Below are positions 1 through 6,818 of a DNA stretch of 10,948 bases, in pieces (the first letter of the stretch is position 1; each line of letters begins with the position of its first letter). The stretch spans positions 1 through 10,948 of the forward strand of contig JBDRKI010000022.1 in assembly GCA_043814095.1 (NCBI GenBank), written 5' to 3'. Below the pieces are notes generated by a model. It saw only the letters and a program-made list of their open reading frames with translations, did no database searches and was not told the DNA's origin. The stretch comes from Armatimonadota bacterium (GTDB lineage Bacteria; Vulcanimicrobiota; JACPDS01; JBDRKI01). A program made the translations under genes and the position numbers.

Positions 1-461
1 CGAATAGTCACAGTTTTAATAGTGCCGGAAATTGCTCTGGAAAGGAATAATTTGAATCTACCAATATTTTTGATATATAGATATCTACCATCGAGTTTCC
101 ATCCTGCTTGTTTTAGAGTGAAAGAATCATATCTGTCTTTACCTTTAAAACGCGGAAACCCCGCCTTGCCGCTATTTTGTTTTAATCTCCGGAAAAAGGA
201 TTGAAATGCCCCCTCAAGGCGTTGAAGAACTTCCTGCAGTACCTGAGAACCGATAAGCTTAAACTCAGGAAAGACAACTTTGAGTTCTACAAGCTGTTTC
301 ATCTGTTCATATACAGAAATAGACTTTTTATGTTGATTATAGACAAGAATTCTCTGTTCAAGCGCGGCATTATACAGTATCCTGCACAGATCAAGCCATT
401 TTCTGCAATTATCTTCTGTGGCTTTATTAATTTTTACTCTATACAAAAAAGTCTTTTTCAT
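1..461 (-). CDS. tnpB: IS200/IS605-family TnpB (RNA-guided endonuclease), N-terminal part; continues beyond the left window edge
   Basis: Not in the ORF track. Manual translation from ATG at 461 is open to base 1: MKKTFLYRVKINKATEDNCRKWLDLCRILYNAALEQR...GSQVLQEVLQRLEGAFQSFFRRLKQNSGKAGFPRFKGKDRYDSFTLKQAGWKLDGRYLYIKNIGRFKLFLSRAISGTIKTVTI. It shows the typical TnpB motifs CRxLYNxAL, SQVLQ..L.RL..AF..FF and GFPRFK. The RuvC domain lies outside the window. Confidence 0.93.
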   Translation of the reverse strand, partial: MKKTFLYRVKINKATEDNCRKWLDLCRILYNAALEQRILVYNQHKKSISVYEQMKQLVELKVVFPEFKLIGSQVLQEVLQRLEGAFQSFFRRLKQNSGKAGFPRFKGKDRYDSFTLKQAGWKLDGRYLYIKNIGRFKLFLSRAISGTIKTVTI

Positions 462-598
462 TTCCTGCTTTGTGTCTCAATATATTTTTTGATGGTCTCA
501 TTACTAACATTGCCGGCAGTAGAACAAAAATATGAACGGGTCCATAAAGAAGGCAGTTTGAGAAGATAGATATGATGGCAAGCTCGTTTAAATTTCAT
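458..598 (-). pseudogene. tnpA: Internally deleted IS200-type Y1 transposase (mini-TnpA, 46 aa, in frame)
   Basis: Manual translation: MKFKRACHHIYLLKLPSLWTRSYFCSTAGNVSNETIKKYIETQSRK*. The C-terminal LWTRSYF.STAG.VS.ETIKKYIE.Q is the TnpA Y1 signature. The central part with the HUH motif is absent. The stop overlaps the tnpB start (ATGA, 458-461). Confidence 0.88.
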
Positions 599-604
599 GT
601 TGAT

Positions 605-613
605 ATTATATCA
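605..613 (-). promoter_or_regulatory. Extended -10 promoter (TGnTATAAT) for tnpA-tnpB, probably giving a leaderless transcript
   Basis: Minus strand TGATATAAT, then 6 nt (ATCAAC), then the ATG at 598. No Shine-Dalgarno sequence in between. Confidence 0.55.
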
Positions 614-760
614 TATAGCAACGAATTAATCTATCCATAGAAAAACAAGGGAGCCATTCATCCCCTGTTTAAAAACAGAAGCTTTCTGGCTAGTATTTTG
701 TAAAAGCATATTGGGCAGCAGCGATGTTACTGCCGTACACAAAATCAAAGTTCTTGTCCA

Positions 761-1021
761 TTACAGAGTTCTGTAAACATCTTTTCTATGAGCAATTCGG
801 ATAATTAAAATAAAAAGTTCTTTATTGTTGAATGTGTATACGACTCTATAATCGCCAACGCGCCATTTCCAAATAACGCCTTCTTTTCCTTTAAGGGGAG
901 TGCCTATTTTTGGGTCCGCTAAAAGTTTATTTCTTATTTCCCTGATTATTTTTTTTGCCGTTTTTTGGCCTAGTTTCTTAAGATCTTTTTTAACAGTCTT
1001 TTTAAACTGAAGTTTATACAT
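761..1021 (-). CDS. relE: Type II toxin, RelE/ParE family mRNA interferase
   Basis: MYKLQFKKTVKKDLKKL...LLADPKIGTPLKG...WKWRVGDYRVVYTF...ILIIRIAHRKDVY, with the RelE motifs RVGDYRVVY and HRKDVY. The start is placed at ATG 1021, which overlaps the antitoxin stop (TAATG). The ORF track start at 1033 is an alternative. Confidence 0.92.
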   Translation of the reverse strand: MYKLQFKKTVKKDLKKLGQKTAKKIIREIRNKLLADPKIGTPLKGKEGVIWKWRVGDYRVVYTFNNKELFILIIRIAHRKDVYRTL

Positions 1022-1257
1022 TAAATATTCCATCCAAGTTCATTGATAAACTCTTTTTCGCTTAGTATTTTATCTTTAGGATCTTTTAGTCTTTCTACTG
1101 CAATATAATAATCCGCCCAGTTTTCAATGTATACTTCAAGGGCTTCCCTTATAATTTCTCCTAATTTTCTTTTTCTTTCGTCTGCTATCTCGCTTAATAT
1201 AGAAAAAACTTCTTTCGGCACACGAGTAGTTAAAATTTTATTTAAGTTTTCATGCAT
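1021..1257 (-). CDS. Type II antitoxin, ribbon-helix-helix (CopG/RelB-like)
   Basis: 78 aa. N-terminal RHH pattern (ILTTRVPKEVFSILSEIADERKRKLGEIIREALEVYIE) and a C-terminal tail typical of RelE partners (ADYYIAVERL...LSEKEFINELG). GGAGGAG RBS at 1264-1270. Translationally coupled to the toxin. Confidence 0.88.
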   Translation of the reverse strand: MHENLNKILTTRVPKEVFSILSEIADERKRKLGEIIREALEVYIENWADYYIAVERLKDPKDKILSEKEFINELGWNI

Positions 1258-1277
1258 AACATTCTCCTCCCACCCTA

Positions 1278-1306
1278 AGTATACATTGTATACAAATAAA
1301 TGTCAA
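1278..1306 (-). promoter_or_regulatory. Sigma70 promoter of the TA operon with overlapping palindromic operator
   Basis: Minus strand TTGACA (1306-1301), 17 bp, TATACT (1283-1278). The palindrome GTATACA-T-TGTATAC (1279-1293; two GTATAC boxes) covers the -10 and spacer, as expected for RHH autorepression. Confidence 0.8.
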
Positions 1307-1309
1307 TGC

Positions 1310-1885
1310 GTGAAGTTTGGACTAAAAATAATTAAAAATATCGATATAAAAGAACTGGCCGGTCTGGTTTGTCAGTATCTTATGGGTAATGGCATTGAAG
1401 CAGTACTGGCTGGAGGAGGATGTGTTTCTACTTATTCACGGAACAGGTATATTTCCGGAGATCTGGATTTTATAACATATTCGGCTATAAAAGAAATAGA
1501 ACCGGTTTTATATAAAATAGGTTTTATTAAAAAAAGCGGCCGTCATTTTGAACATCCGCAATGCGGGTTTTTTATAGAATTTCCGCCTCCGCCTATAGCC
1601 ATAGGAAATACCCTCATTGAATTGGTGATAAAAACCAGATACGGCATTTTAAAGCTTCTTACGGTTGAGGACTGCATAAAAGATCGCCTTGCCGCGTTTT
1701 ACTTTTGGAATGACCCTCAATCATTAGAACAGGCGGTTTTGATAACAAAAACATTTAAAAAAGAGATTGATTTTAATTCTATAGAGAAGTGGTCAAAACA
1801 AGAGGGTGAAGAAGAAAAATTCCGGAAGTTTTTAAAATTAACGGAAAAAAAGTCAAAAAGTTTACAATTTATAATGATAAAATAA
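1310..1885 (+). CDS. Nucleotidyltransferase-fold protein (GG...DLD motif; AbiEii/DUF6036-like)
   Basis: AVLAGGGCVSTYSRNRYISGDLDFIT matches the pol-beta-type NTase GG-x(n)-DxD motif, followed by IEFPPPP and EDCIKDRLAAFYFWND. The first 61 codons of the 1127 ORF are antisense to the antitoxin and its promoter, so the start is placed at GTG 1310. The start is uncertain and there is no clear RBS. Confidence 0.65.
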   Translation: MKFGLKIIKNIDIKELAGLVCQYLMGNGIEAVLAGGGCVSTYSRNRYISGDLDFITYSAIKEIEPVLYKIGFIKKSGRHFEHPQCGFFIEFPPPPIAIGNTLIELVIKTRYGILKLLTVEDCIKDRLAAFYFWNDPQSLEQAVLITKTFKKEIDFNSIEKWSKQEGEEEKFRKFLKLTEKKSKSLQFIMIK

Positions 1886-1927
1886 AAAGATGGGAAATTA
1901 AGTAAATCTAATCTCCCATCTTTTATT
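1885..1927. terminator. Bidirectional intrinsic terminator between convergent genes
   Basis: AAAAGATGGGA (1885-1895) ... TCCCATCTTTT (1914-1924) inverted repeat with an A-tract before and a T-tract after, between stops at 1885 (+) and 1932 (-). Confidence 0.75.
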
Positions 1928-1931
1928 GTTA

Positions 1932-3959
1932 TTAAGGCTGTACGGTTCTGTTTTTATAATACTCTTTTTCCTCATCGGTAAACCTGTCCATAGGAAGCAA
2001 AGAATATTCCTTGCGCATAAGAGTCCTTACAATTTTAGATCCGCATGAGCATTTACTCTGGCTTTTAGGTGATTTTCCGCACTTTAAGCATTCATAAATA
2101 GGGAAGGATACCATACCGAACCCTATATCGTTTTCGTACATAAGCTTTATTATGTTTTCAATTGTTTTAGATGAAGCCGGTTTTGATTTTAATATGATAT
2201 TTGTAAGGTGTCCGCCCGGACATAACTTATGGTAAGGGGCTTCTATTTTGATTTTTTCCTTTATTGAGACTTTACAGTCCGGCGGTATATGGAAGGAAGG
2301 GGTATACGCCTTATTTTTATGTATAAGGTCCTTTTCGCCGTACATATTTATATCTGCCTGGGCAAGTCTGAATATAGTGTCTTCCGAAGTTGTGGCGGAA
2401 AGTATAAAGTTTACGTTAGAACCTTCATTTAAGTTTTCCACAAGCTCTTTAAGTTTCTCAACTATTTTAAGCCCTGTTTCCTGAGCTTCTTTGCACTGGC
2501 CGTGATGTTTGCCGGTTAATAAAAGCAGGCATTCGGCAAGTCCCACGAAACCTATGGAGAGGTTCCCGTTTGAGAGCGCGTTTTTAATTCCGTCATCCCA
2601 TTTTAATTTTTCAGAACCTAAAAAGAGCTTATCTCCCATTATAAAGGGGAGCTCCATTACTTTTAAATTACTTATTAATTCAAAACGGTGCATAAGGATT
2701 GAAGAAGCTACTTTAACGGCTTTTTTGAGCTCTGAATAAATATTTTCCAGTTTGGGGTCTTTGCGTATATGCTTCATCTTTAATATTATATGGGGCAGGC
2801 TTATTGTCACATGCGCTATGTTCCCGACCCCGTAAGGGTTATCTTTACTGTATGTAATCCTGTCCCCGTTGCTCCAGTATACGACATTCTCGCAGGGTTT
2901 ATTAAAGCTCGCGTCCATAAAGCTGAAATACGGGTTAGACCTGCGGGATGCGACACCCGCGGCCAGCTTTAAAAGGCCGTGGTTTTTATCTTTAACGGCG
3001 TAGTTTGCGCCTTTTTTAACCCTGAATATTATATGGGGATAAAGGGGCGTTTCTTTATTGCCCAGTCCTTTATCTATAGCGCTTAAAATCGAAGTTGTAA
3101 TTAATTTGCCCTGTTTGGTTGTGTTTAAACCCAAGTTTACACAGCTGTGCGGGACCTGTGAACCCAGTCTTGTGTAAAGAGTGTTTAAGTTATATACAAA
3201 TCCTTCCATTGCCTGGGAGTAATCTTTTTCTTTATCTTTGTAGTTTTTGGAAAGATAGGCGAGGTCATCATCAAAGAATGAGAATGCCTGCGGTCCGTAA
3301 GAATCATTCTGGCTTGCCTGCAGGATTATAGCTGTTAAGGCCATTGCCGTTCCTATTCTTTTAGGGGAGCGGTGGAAGCCGTATCCCGAGAAGAAGCCGT
3401 CTTTTAAGAGCTTGGCAAGGCGTATTTCCATGGAATTAAAAGTTTTGGAATAGAAGTTTAGGTCATGAATGTTTAAAAGGCCTTCTTTATGAGCTTTTGA
3501 ATAACTTGCCGGTATAAGCCTGCTTAAGTAATAGTTTGTACTGGCAGTGGACGCTATCTTAAGCATTTTAGCGCTGGGTGAATTGTAAATATATGAATCG
3601 GTTGCGGGGGTCTGTTTCAGAATATCTTTAACCGTATCCATAAGAAGGGATTTCCCATCCCTTATATTATTTCTTTTTTCACGGTACAGGATATACGCTT
3701 TCGCGACTTGGGGATAGTTTTCCCTTATAAGGATGTTCTCAACGTAATCCTGTATCTCTTCAACCTGGGGGATATGCCCTTTCAGCGTCTTTGAGAGTTC
3801 TTCAACCACTCTTTCGGCTAAATCATCCGCAAGTTTAACATCATGTATGTTGCAGGCATGCAGTGCTTTTGTTATCGCACTGCTTATCTTTGAAAATTCA
3901 AACGGAGTCATCCTGCCGTCTCTTTTTCTTATTGCCGGAAATAATGTTTTCATCTGCAT
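1932..3959 (-). CDS. nrdD: Class III anaerobic ribonucleotide reductase (NrdD) homologue with N-terminal ATP-cone; catalytic residues apparently substituted
   Basis: ATP-cone (IRKRDGRMTPFEFSKISSAITKA...VEEIQDYVENIL...VAKAYILYREKR). NrdD core motifs IHDL.FY, SQND..G.Q, QAMEGFVYNLNT, ETPLYPHIIFRVKKG.N, LSIGFVGLAECL, SFHIP, KIKIEAPYH.LCPGGH. C-terminal CxxC...CxC Zn ribbon. Start placed at ATG 3959 (MQMKTL) after an AAGGGGG RBS; 675 aa. Confidence 0.9.
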   Translation of the reverse strand: MQMKTLFPAIRKRDGRMTPFEFSKISSAITKALHACNIHDVKLADDLAERVVEELSKTLKGHIPQVEEIQDYVENILIRENYPQVAKAYILYREKRNNIRDGKSLLMDTVKDILKQTPATDSYIYNSPSAKMLKIASTASTNYYLSRLIPASYSKAHKEGLLNIHDLNFYSKTFNSMEIRLAKLLKDGFFSGYGFHRSPKRIGTAMALTAIILQASQNDSYGPQAFSFFDDDLAYLSKNYKDKEKDYSQAMEGFVYNLNTLYTRLGSQVPHSCVNLGLNTTKQGKLITTSILSAIDKGLGNKETPLYPHIIFRVKKGANYAVKDKNHGLLKLAAGVASRRSNPYFSFMDASFNKPCENVVYWSNGDRITYSKDNPYGVGNIAHVTISLPHIILKMKHIRKDPKLENIYSELKKAVKVASSILMHRFELISNLKVMELPFIMGDKLFLGSEKLKWDDGIKNALSNGNLSIGFVGLAECLLLLTGKHHGQCKEAQETGLKIVEKLKELVENLNEGSNVNFILSATTSEDTIFRLAQADINMYGEKDLIHKNKAYTPSFHIPPDCKVSIKEKIKIEAPYHKLCPGGHLTNIILKSKPASSKTIENIIKLMYENDIGFGMVSFPIYECLKCGKSPKSQSKCSCGSKIVRTLMRKEYSLLPMDRFTDEEKEYYKNRTVQP

Positions 3960-4075
3960 AATAAAAAACCCCCTTATGATATATATGAGGCGGCAGCTTA
4001 AAAAGCCGTCTTTCTGCCACATGGTAAAGGTTACGCTAACCGAGGACATATTCCTTCTTTGTGAAAAAAGTATAT

Positions 4076-5401
4076 TTATTTATATTCAAACAGCACAACG
4101 ATGTATTTTCTGCCGTCAGGCAGGTATTTTATAGACACCCCAACTTTATCAAAATCTTTATTTAACAGCTGCAGGTAAGGCAGGTCGTATTTATAAAACC
4201 TGTCTTCAAAATCAAAGTACCCCAGGTTAGCCGGGAGTATGTCGGAGAAAATTACGTAATTAAATCCTATGGAACGGGGCGTTAATTTTGTGGAGTAATA
4301 CCTTGCCCTGTTATCCAGTTTTCTGCTGCGTTCCATTGCTCCGGTTAGTCCGCACTGGGTCTTTAAAAAGATATAGAAATTATCTTCAGCGTTCGCGATA
4401 TTAGGCGCGCTTATAAGCTCGTCTCTGGTAATATTCCCGAAGGGTATTGATCTGTAATTTTCAAAAGCCTGTTCGGCGCTTATCTTTTTTTCCGGTTGAG
4501 GTTCTTTTTTTGTTGTTGATTTTCTGGCCTTTCCTATCTGGTCAATAAGCTGGTCCCTGAGGCCGGGTTCTTCTTGGGGTTGTTCTACCGGTACCTCATC
4601 CTGTACCGTCGCCGAAGGTTTATAACCGTATCCTTTAATGCTTGCGCCGTATTGAGGATAAGGGTTATTGGGGTTGGCGCGGAAGCCCAGCTCTGCGGCC
4701 CTTTCTCTCGCGTACTGTATTCTTTCATCAGGCAGGGGGTGGGAGCCAATAAGGCCGTTTAACAGGTTCGGCATACTCCCGCCGTATTTTTTCATTTTCT
4801 CAAAAGAGCTTATCGCGTACATGGGGTCATATCCCGCGCCGTACATATACGATAAGCTGTCAACGTCCGCCTGGCGCTCATCTGCCCTGGAATAGGAGCT
4901 GTTCATAACGGCATCAGCGAAAGCAACCGTATTCATCGCTCCCTGCGTGAGACTGCCTTTAGATAAGATTATGGCAAGGGCAAGAAGGCCTAAGCTTGTA
5001 CCCATCTGTTTCTCGGCTTGTTTAAATTGATGTGAATGGGCGCAGTGAGCCATCTCGTGCCCGAGGACAAAAGCAAGTTCCCCGTCATTGCTTTTATCCA
5101 TAAGTTCTCTTGTCACGTATATAAAGCCGCCGGGAAGGGCGAACGCGTTAAATACGTTTGTATCTATCACTTTAAAAGTGTAGGGTATCTCTTTCCTGGG
5201 GCATACCCTGTAAAGCTGTTTCGCGACATAAATGAGCCGTCCCTGATACTGATCATCGGTTAATACTTTATACTGCTTTTCAATTTTTTGAGCGGCTTCT
5301 CTGCCGACATTAACTTCATCCTGGAGGGTAAATGCAAATGCCTGTCCCGTTAAATTTAAAATTAAAAGCAGCGCGGTAATTATAATAATAGTTTTTCTCA
5401 T
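4076..5401 (-). CDS. Secreted M48-family Zn metallopeptidase (BepA/YfgC-like) with linker and CAP/SCP-like C-terminal domain
   Basis: Signal peptide (MRK + hydrophobic stretch + AFA). Motifs NAFALPGGFIYV, ELAFVLGHEMAH (HExxH), YSRADERQAD and SHP...ERI. Pro/Glu/Lys-rich linker. GGGGGTG RBS upstream. Confidence 0.9.
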   Translation of the reverse strand: MRKTIIIITALLLILNLTGQAFAFTLQDEVNVGREAAQKIEKQYKVLTDDQYQGRLIYVAKQLYRVCPRKEIPYTFKVIDTNVFNAFALPGGFIYVTRELMDKSNDGELAFVLGHEMAHCAHSHQFKQAEKQMGTSLGLLALAIILSKGSLTQGAMNTVAFADAVMNSSYSRADERQADVDSLSYMYGAGYDPMYAISSFEKMKKYGGSMPNLLNGLIGSHPLPDERIQYARERAAELGFRANPNNPYPQYGASIKGYGYKPSATVQDEVPVEQPQEEPGLRDQLIDQIGKARKSTTKKEPQPEKKISAEQAFENYRSIPFGNITRDELISAPNIANAEDNFYIFLKTQCGLTGAMERSRKLDNRARYYSTKLTPRSIGFNYVIFSDILPANLGYFDFEDRFYKYDLPYLQLLNKDFDKVGVSIKYLPDGRKYIVVLFEYK

Positions 5402-5537
5402 AAAACACCCCCGGAATCTGTTGATATTATAGAGTTTCCATATTTAGATATAAAAACCTTTTGGGTTTGTATCTTAAATAATCTGTCGCATATATTTTCT
5501 AATTATTACGGTTTGCCGTTGTGTTTAATACACAGGA

Positions 5538-5566
5538 TTGAAATAATACAATAATAATAATATAAT
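5538..5566 (+). promoter_or_regulatory. Sigma70 promoter for the rightward genes starting at 5598
   Basis: TTGAAA (5538-5543), 17 bp, TATAAT (5561-5566). GGAGGG RBS at 5585-5590. Confidence 0.7.
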
Positions 5567-5597
5567 AAGGTCATCTGATTTGATGGAGGGTATTATT

Positions 5598-6125
5598 ATG
5601 AAAAAATATCTTGTAATTGCGGTTGTGTTTATGATTTTAACATTTTCGGCAGGCATCTGCGCGGAGAAGGTTTATGAGAATAATTATTTTTCCTTCAGTT
5701 ATGATCCTTCCGTTTGGAACATTGATCTTGCGAACGACCAGAATAACAGCGTGGAATTAAAATATAATTTCATAGAGCAGGATGTAACCCTGAACGATAA
5801 AACAGGGATTCTTTTTCAGGCAAAAACAGAAGAAGGCACACTGGGGATAGAAACCATCAAAGAAAAGATAACCGAAGACATAAAGGTAATATGGGCAGGA
5901 TTAAATCCGGATGTTTTATCAGTTGAAGATGTTGTAAACAACGGCATTAAAGGCGTAAGGGTTGAATTTATAGGCGGGATACCCGAAGATAAGTGCAGGG
6001 TTGTGCAGTATATATATGTAAAGGGAAATGATTCTTATCTGATTATAACCATGGCAAAAGAGAAAGAATATGATAAGGCAAAACCGTTTTTTGAAAAAGT
6101 AATGGATACTTTTAAAATAAAGTAG
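5598..6125 (+). CDS. Secreted protein, PsbP/DcrB (Mog1p/PsbP-fold)-like
   Basis: Signal peptide MKKYLVIAVVFMILTFSAGICA. The YENNYFSFSYDPSVW start and the ...QYIYVKGNDSYLIIT...YDKAKPFFEKVMDTFKIK end are typical of the PsbP-like fold. Start moved to ATG 5598, downstream of the RBS. Confidence 0.65.
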   Translation: MKKYLVIAVVFMILTFSAGICAEKVYENNYFSFSYDPSVWNIDLANDQNNSVELKYNFIEQDVTLNDKTGILFQAKTEEGTLGIETIKEKITEDIKVIWAGLNPDVLSVEDVVNNGIKGVRVEFIGGIPEDKCRVVQYIYVKGNDSYLIITMAKEKEYDKAKPFFEKVMDTFKIK

Positions 6126-6136
6126 GATGTGAAAAT

Positions 6137-6802
6137 ATGGTTGAACTGGAAAATTATAATGAATTGAGAAAATTAAACAAAAGTTTAGGATTGAAATTAT
6201 TCGGAGTATGCAGGATAGAAGATTTTATAGATCATACTGATGATTTCTTAAAGAAATTTATCGGCAGTTATAAATATGCGGTCTGTGTGGGGTACAATTT
6301 AAGTCCGAGCGTTCTGGAGACAATTATTGACAAGCCCAACAAGATATACTTCAGGCACTATAAAATGGTTAATATGCTTCTGGATCAGGCGTCTTTAAAG
6401 ATCGGCAATTATATAGAAGATGCCGGATATAAAGCGATGCCGATACCGGCTTCGCTTATACTTGACTGGGAGATGCAGACCGCGCACATGAATCATAAAG
6501 TTGCGGCCCACCTGGCAGGTTTGGGCTGGATCGGCAAAAATAATCTTCTTGTGAATGAAAACTACGGCTCAGCCGCCCGGTATGTGACCGTTTTAACGGA
6601 TATGCCGCTTACAGTTGATAAGCCGTCTGAAAACGGGTGCGGAAGCTGCAGCAGATGTGTTGAGGTCTGTCCCGTTGGAGCGCTTGATAACGGGTATGAT
6701 CTTGAGAAGTGCCACTCTAAATTAAAAGAATTTGCCAAAAAAGAACATGTTGGCCTGGTATGCGGGTTATGTGTTAAAGTGTGTACGGGCAGAAAAAAAT
6801 AA
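6137..6802 (+). CDS. QueG-like (epoxyqueuosine reductase / reductive dehalogenase superfamily) 2x[4Fe-4S] protein
   Basis: HKVAAHLAGLGWIGKNNLLV...YGS..RYVTVLTD, CGSCSRCVEVCPVGAL and C...CGLCVKVC. This is a short form, so true QueG activity is not established. Confidence 0.8.
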   Translation: MVELENYNELRKLNKSLGLKLFGVCRIEDFIDHTDDFLKKFIGSYKYAVCVGYNLSPSVLETIIDKPNKIYFRHYKMVNMLLDQASLKIGNYIEDAGYKAMPIPASLILDWEMQTAHMNHKVAAHLAGLGWIGKNNLLVNENYGSAARYVTVLTDMPLTVDKPSENGCGSCSRCVEVCPVGALDNGYDLEKCHSKLKEFAKKEHVGLVCGLCVKVCTGRKK

Positions 6803-6818
6803 AGTCCGGAATAAATTT

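Larger units (their letters stand above)
1..699 (-). mobile_element. IS200/IS605-family insertion sequence (non-autonomous); left end at about 699, right end outside the window
   Basis: tnpA remnant plus tnpB. The minus strand reads TTAC|AAAATACTAGCCAG-AAAG-CTTCTGTTTTTAAACAGGGG-ATGAATGGC, i.e. target tetranucleotide (700-703), AAAG guide (682-685) and subterminal hairpin (662-681). This is the same layout as the IS608 left end. Confidence 0.85.

Noticed and set aside
22-569. Plus-strand ORFs 22-204 and 201-569
   Set aside because: Antisense shadows of tnpB and the tnpA remnant, which carry the recognisable motifs on the minus strand.
714-734. GGCAG...CTGCC hairpin between the toxin stop and the IS end
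   Set aside because: Imperfect stem with no adjacent U-tract, so it cannot be supported as a terminator or REP.
1127-1309. N-terminal 61 codons of ORF 1127-1885
   Set aside because: Antisense to the antitoxin gene and its promoter. NTase-like sequence begins only after about 1310.
3974-3990. Possible NrdR box (ATATAT core) upstream of the NrdD-like gene
   Set aside because: Lacks the ACAC/GTGT flanks and the usual tandem second box.
3960-4049. N-terminal extension of the NrdD-like ORF from 4049
   Set aside because: The ATP-cone starts at MQMKTL, and an RBS lies just upstream of 3959.
2248-5263. Short plus-strand ORFs within the NrdD-like and M48 genes
   Set aside because: Antisense to well-supported genes, with no motifs.
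5520-5534. TGTGT-N5-ACACA palindrome just upstream of the -35 at 5538
   Set aside because: Only 5-bp arms, single occurrence, and no cognate regulator in view.
5543-5568. AAT-rich short tandem repeats
   Set aside because: Explained as promoter spacer and -10. Too short and irregular for a repeat array, and no CRISPR-like repeat-spacer pattern was seen anywhere in the window.
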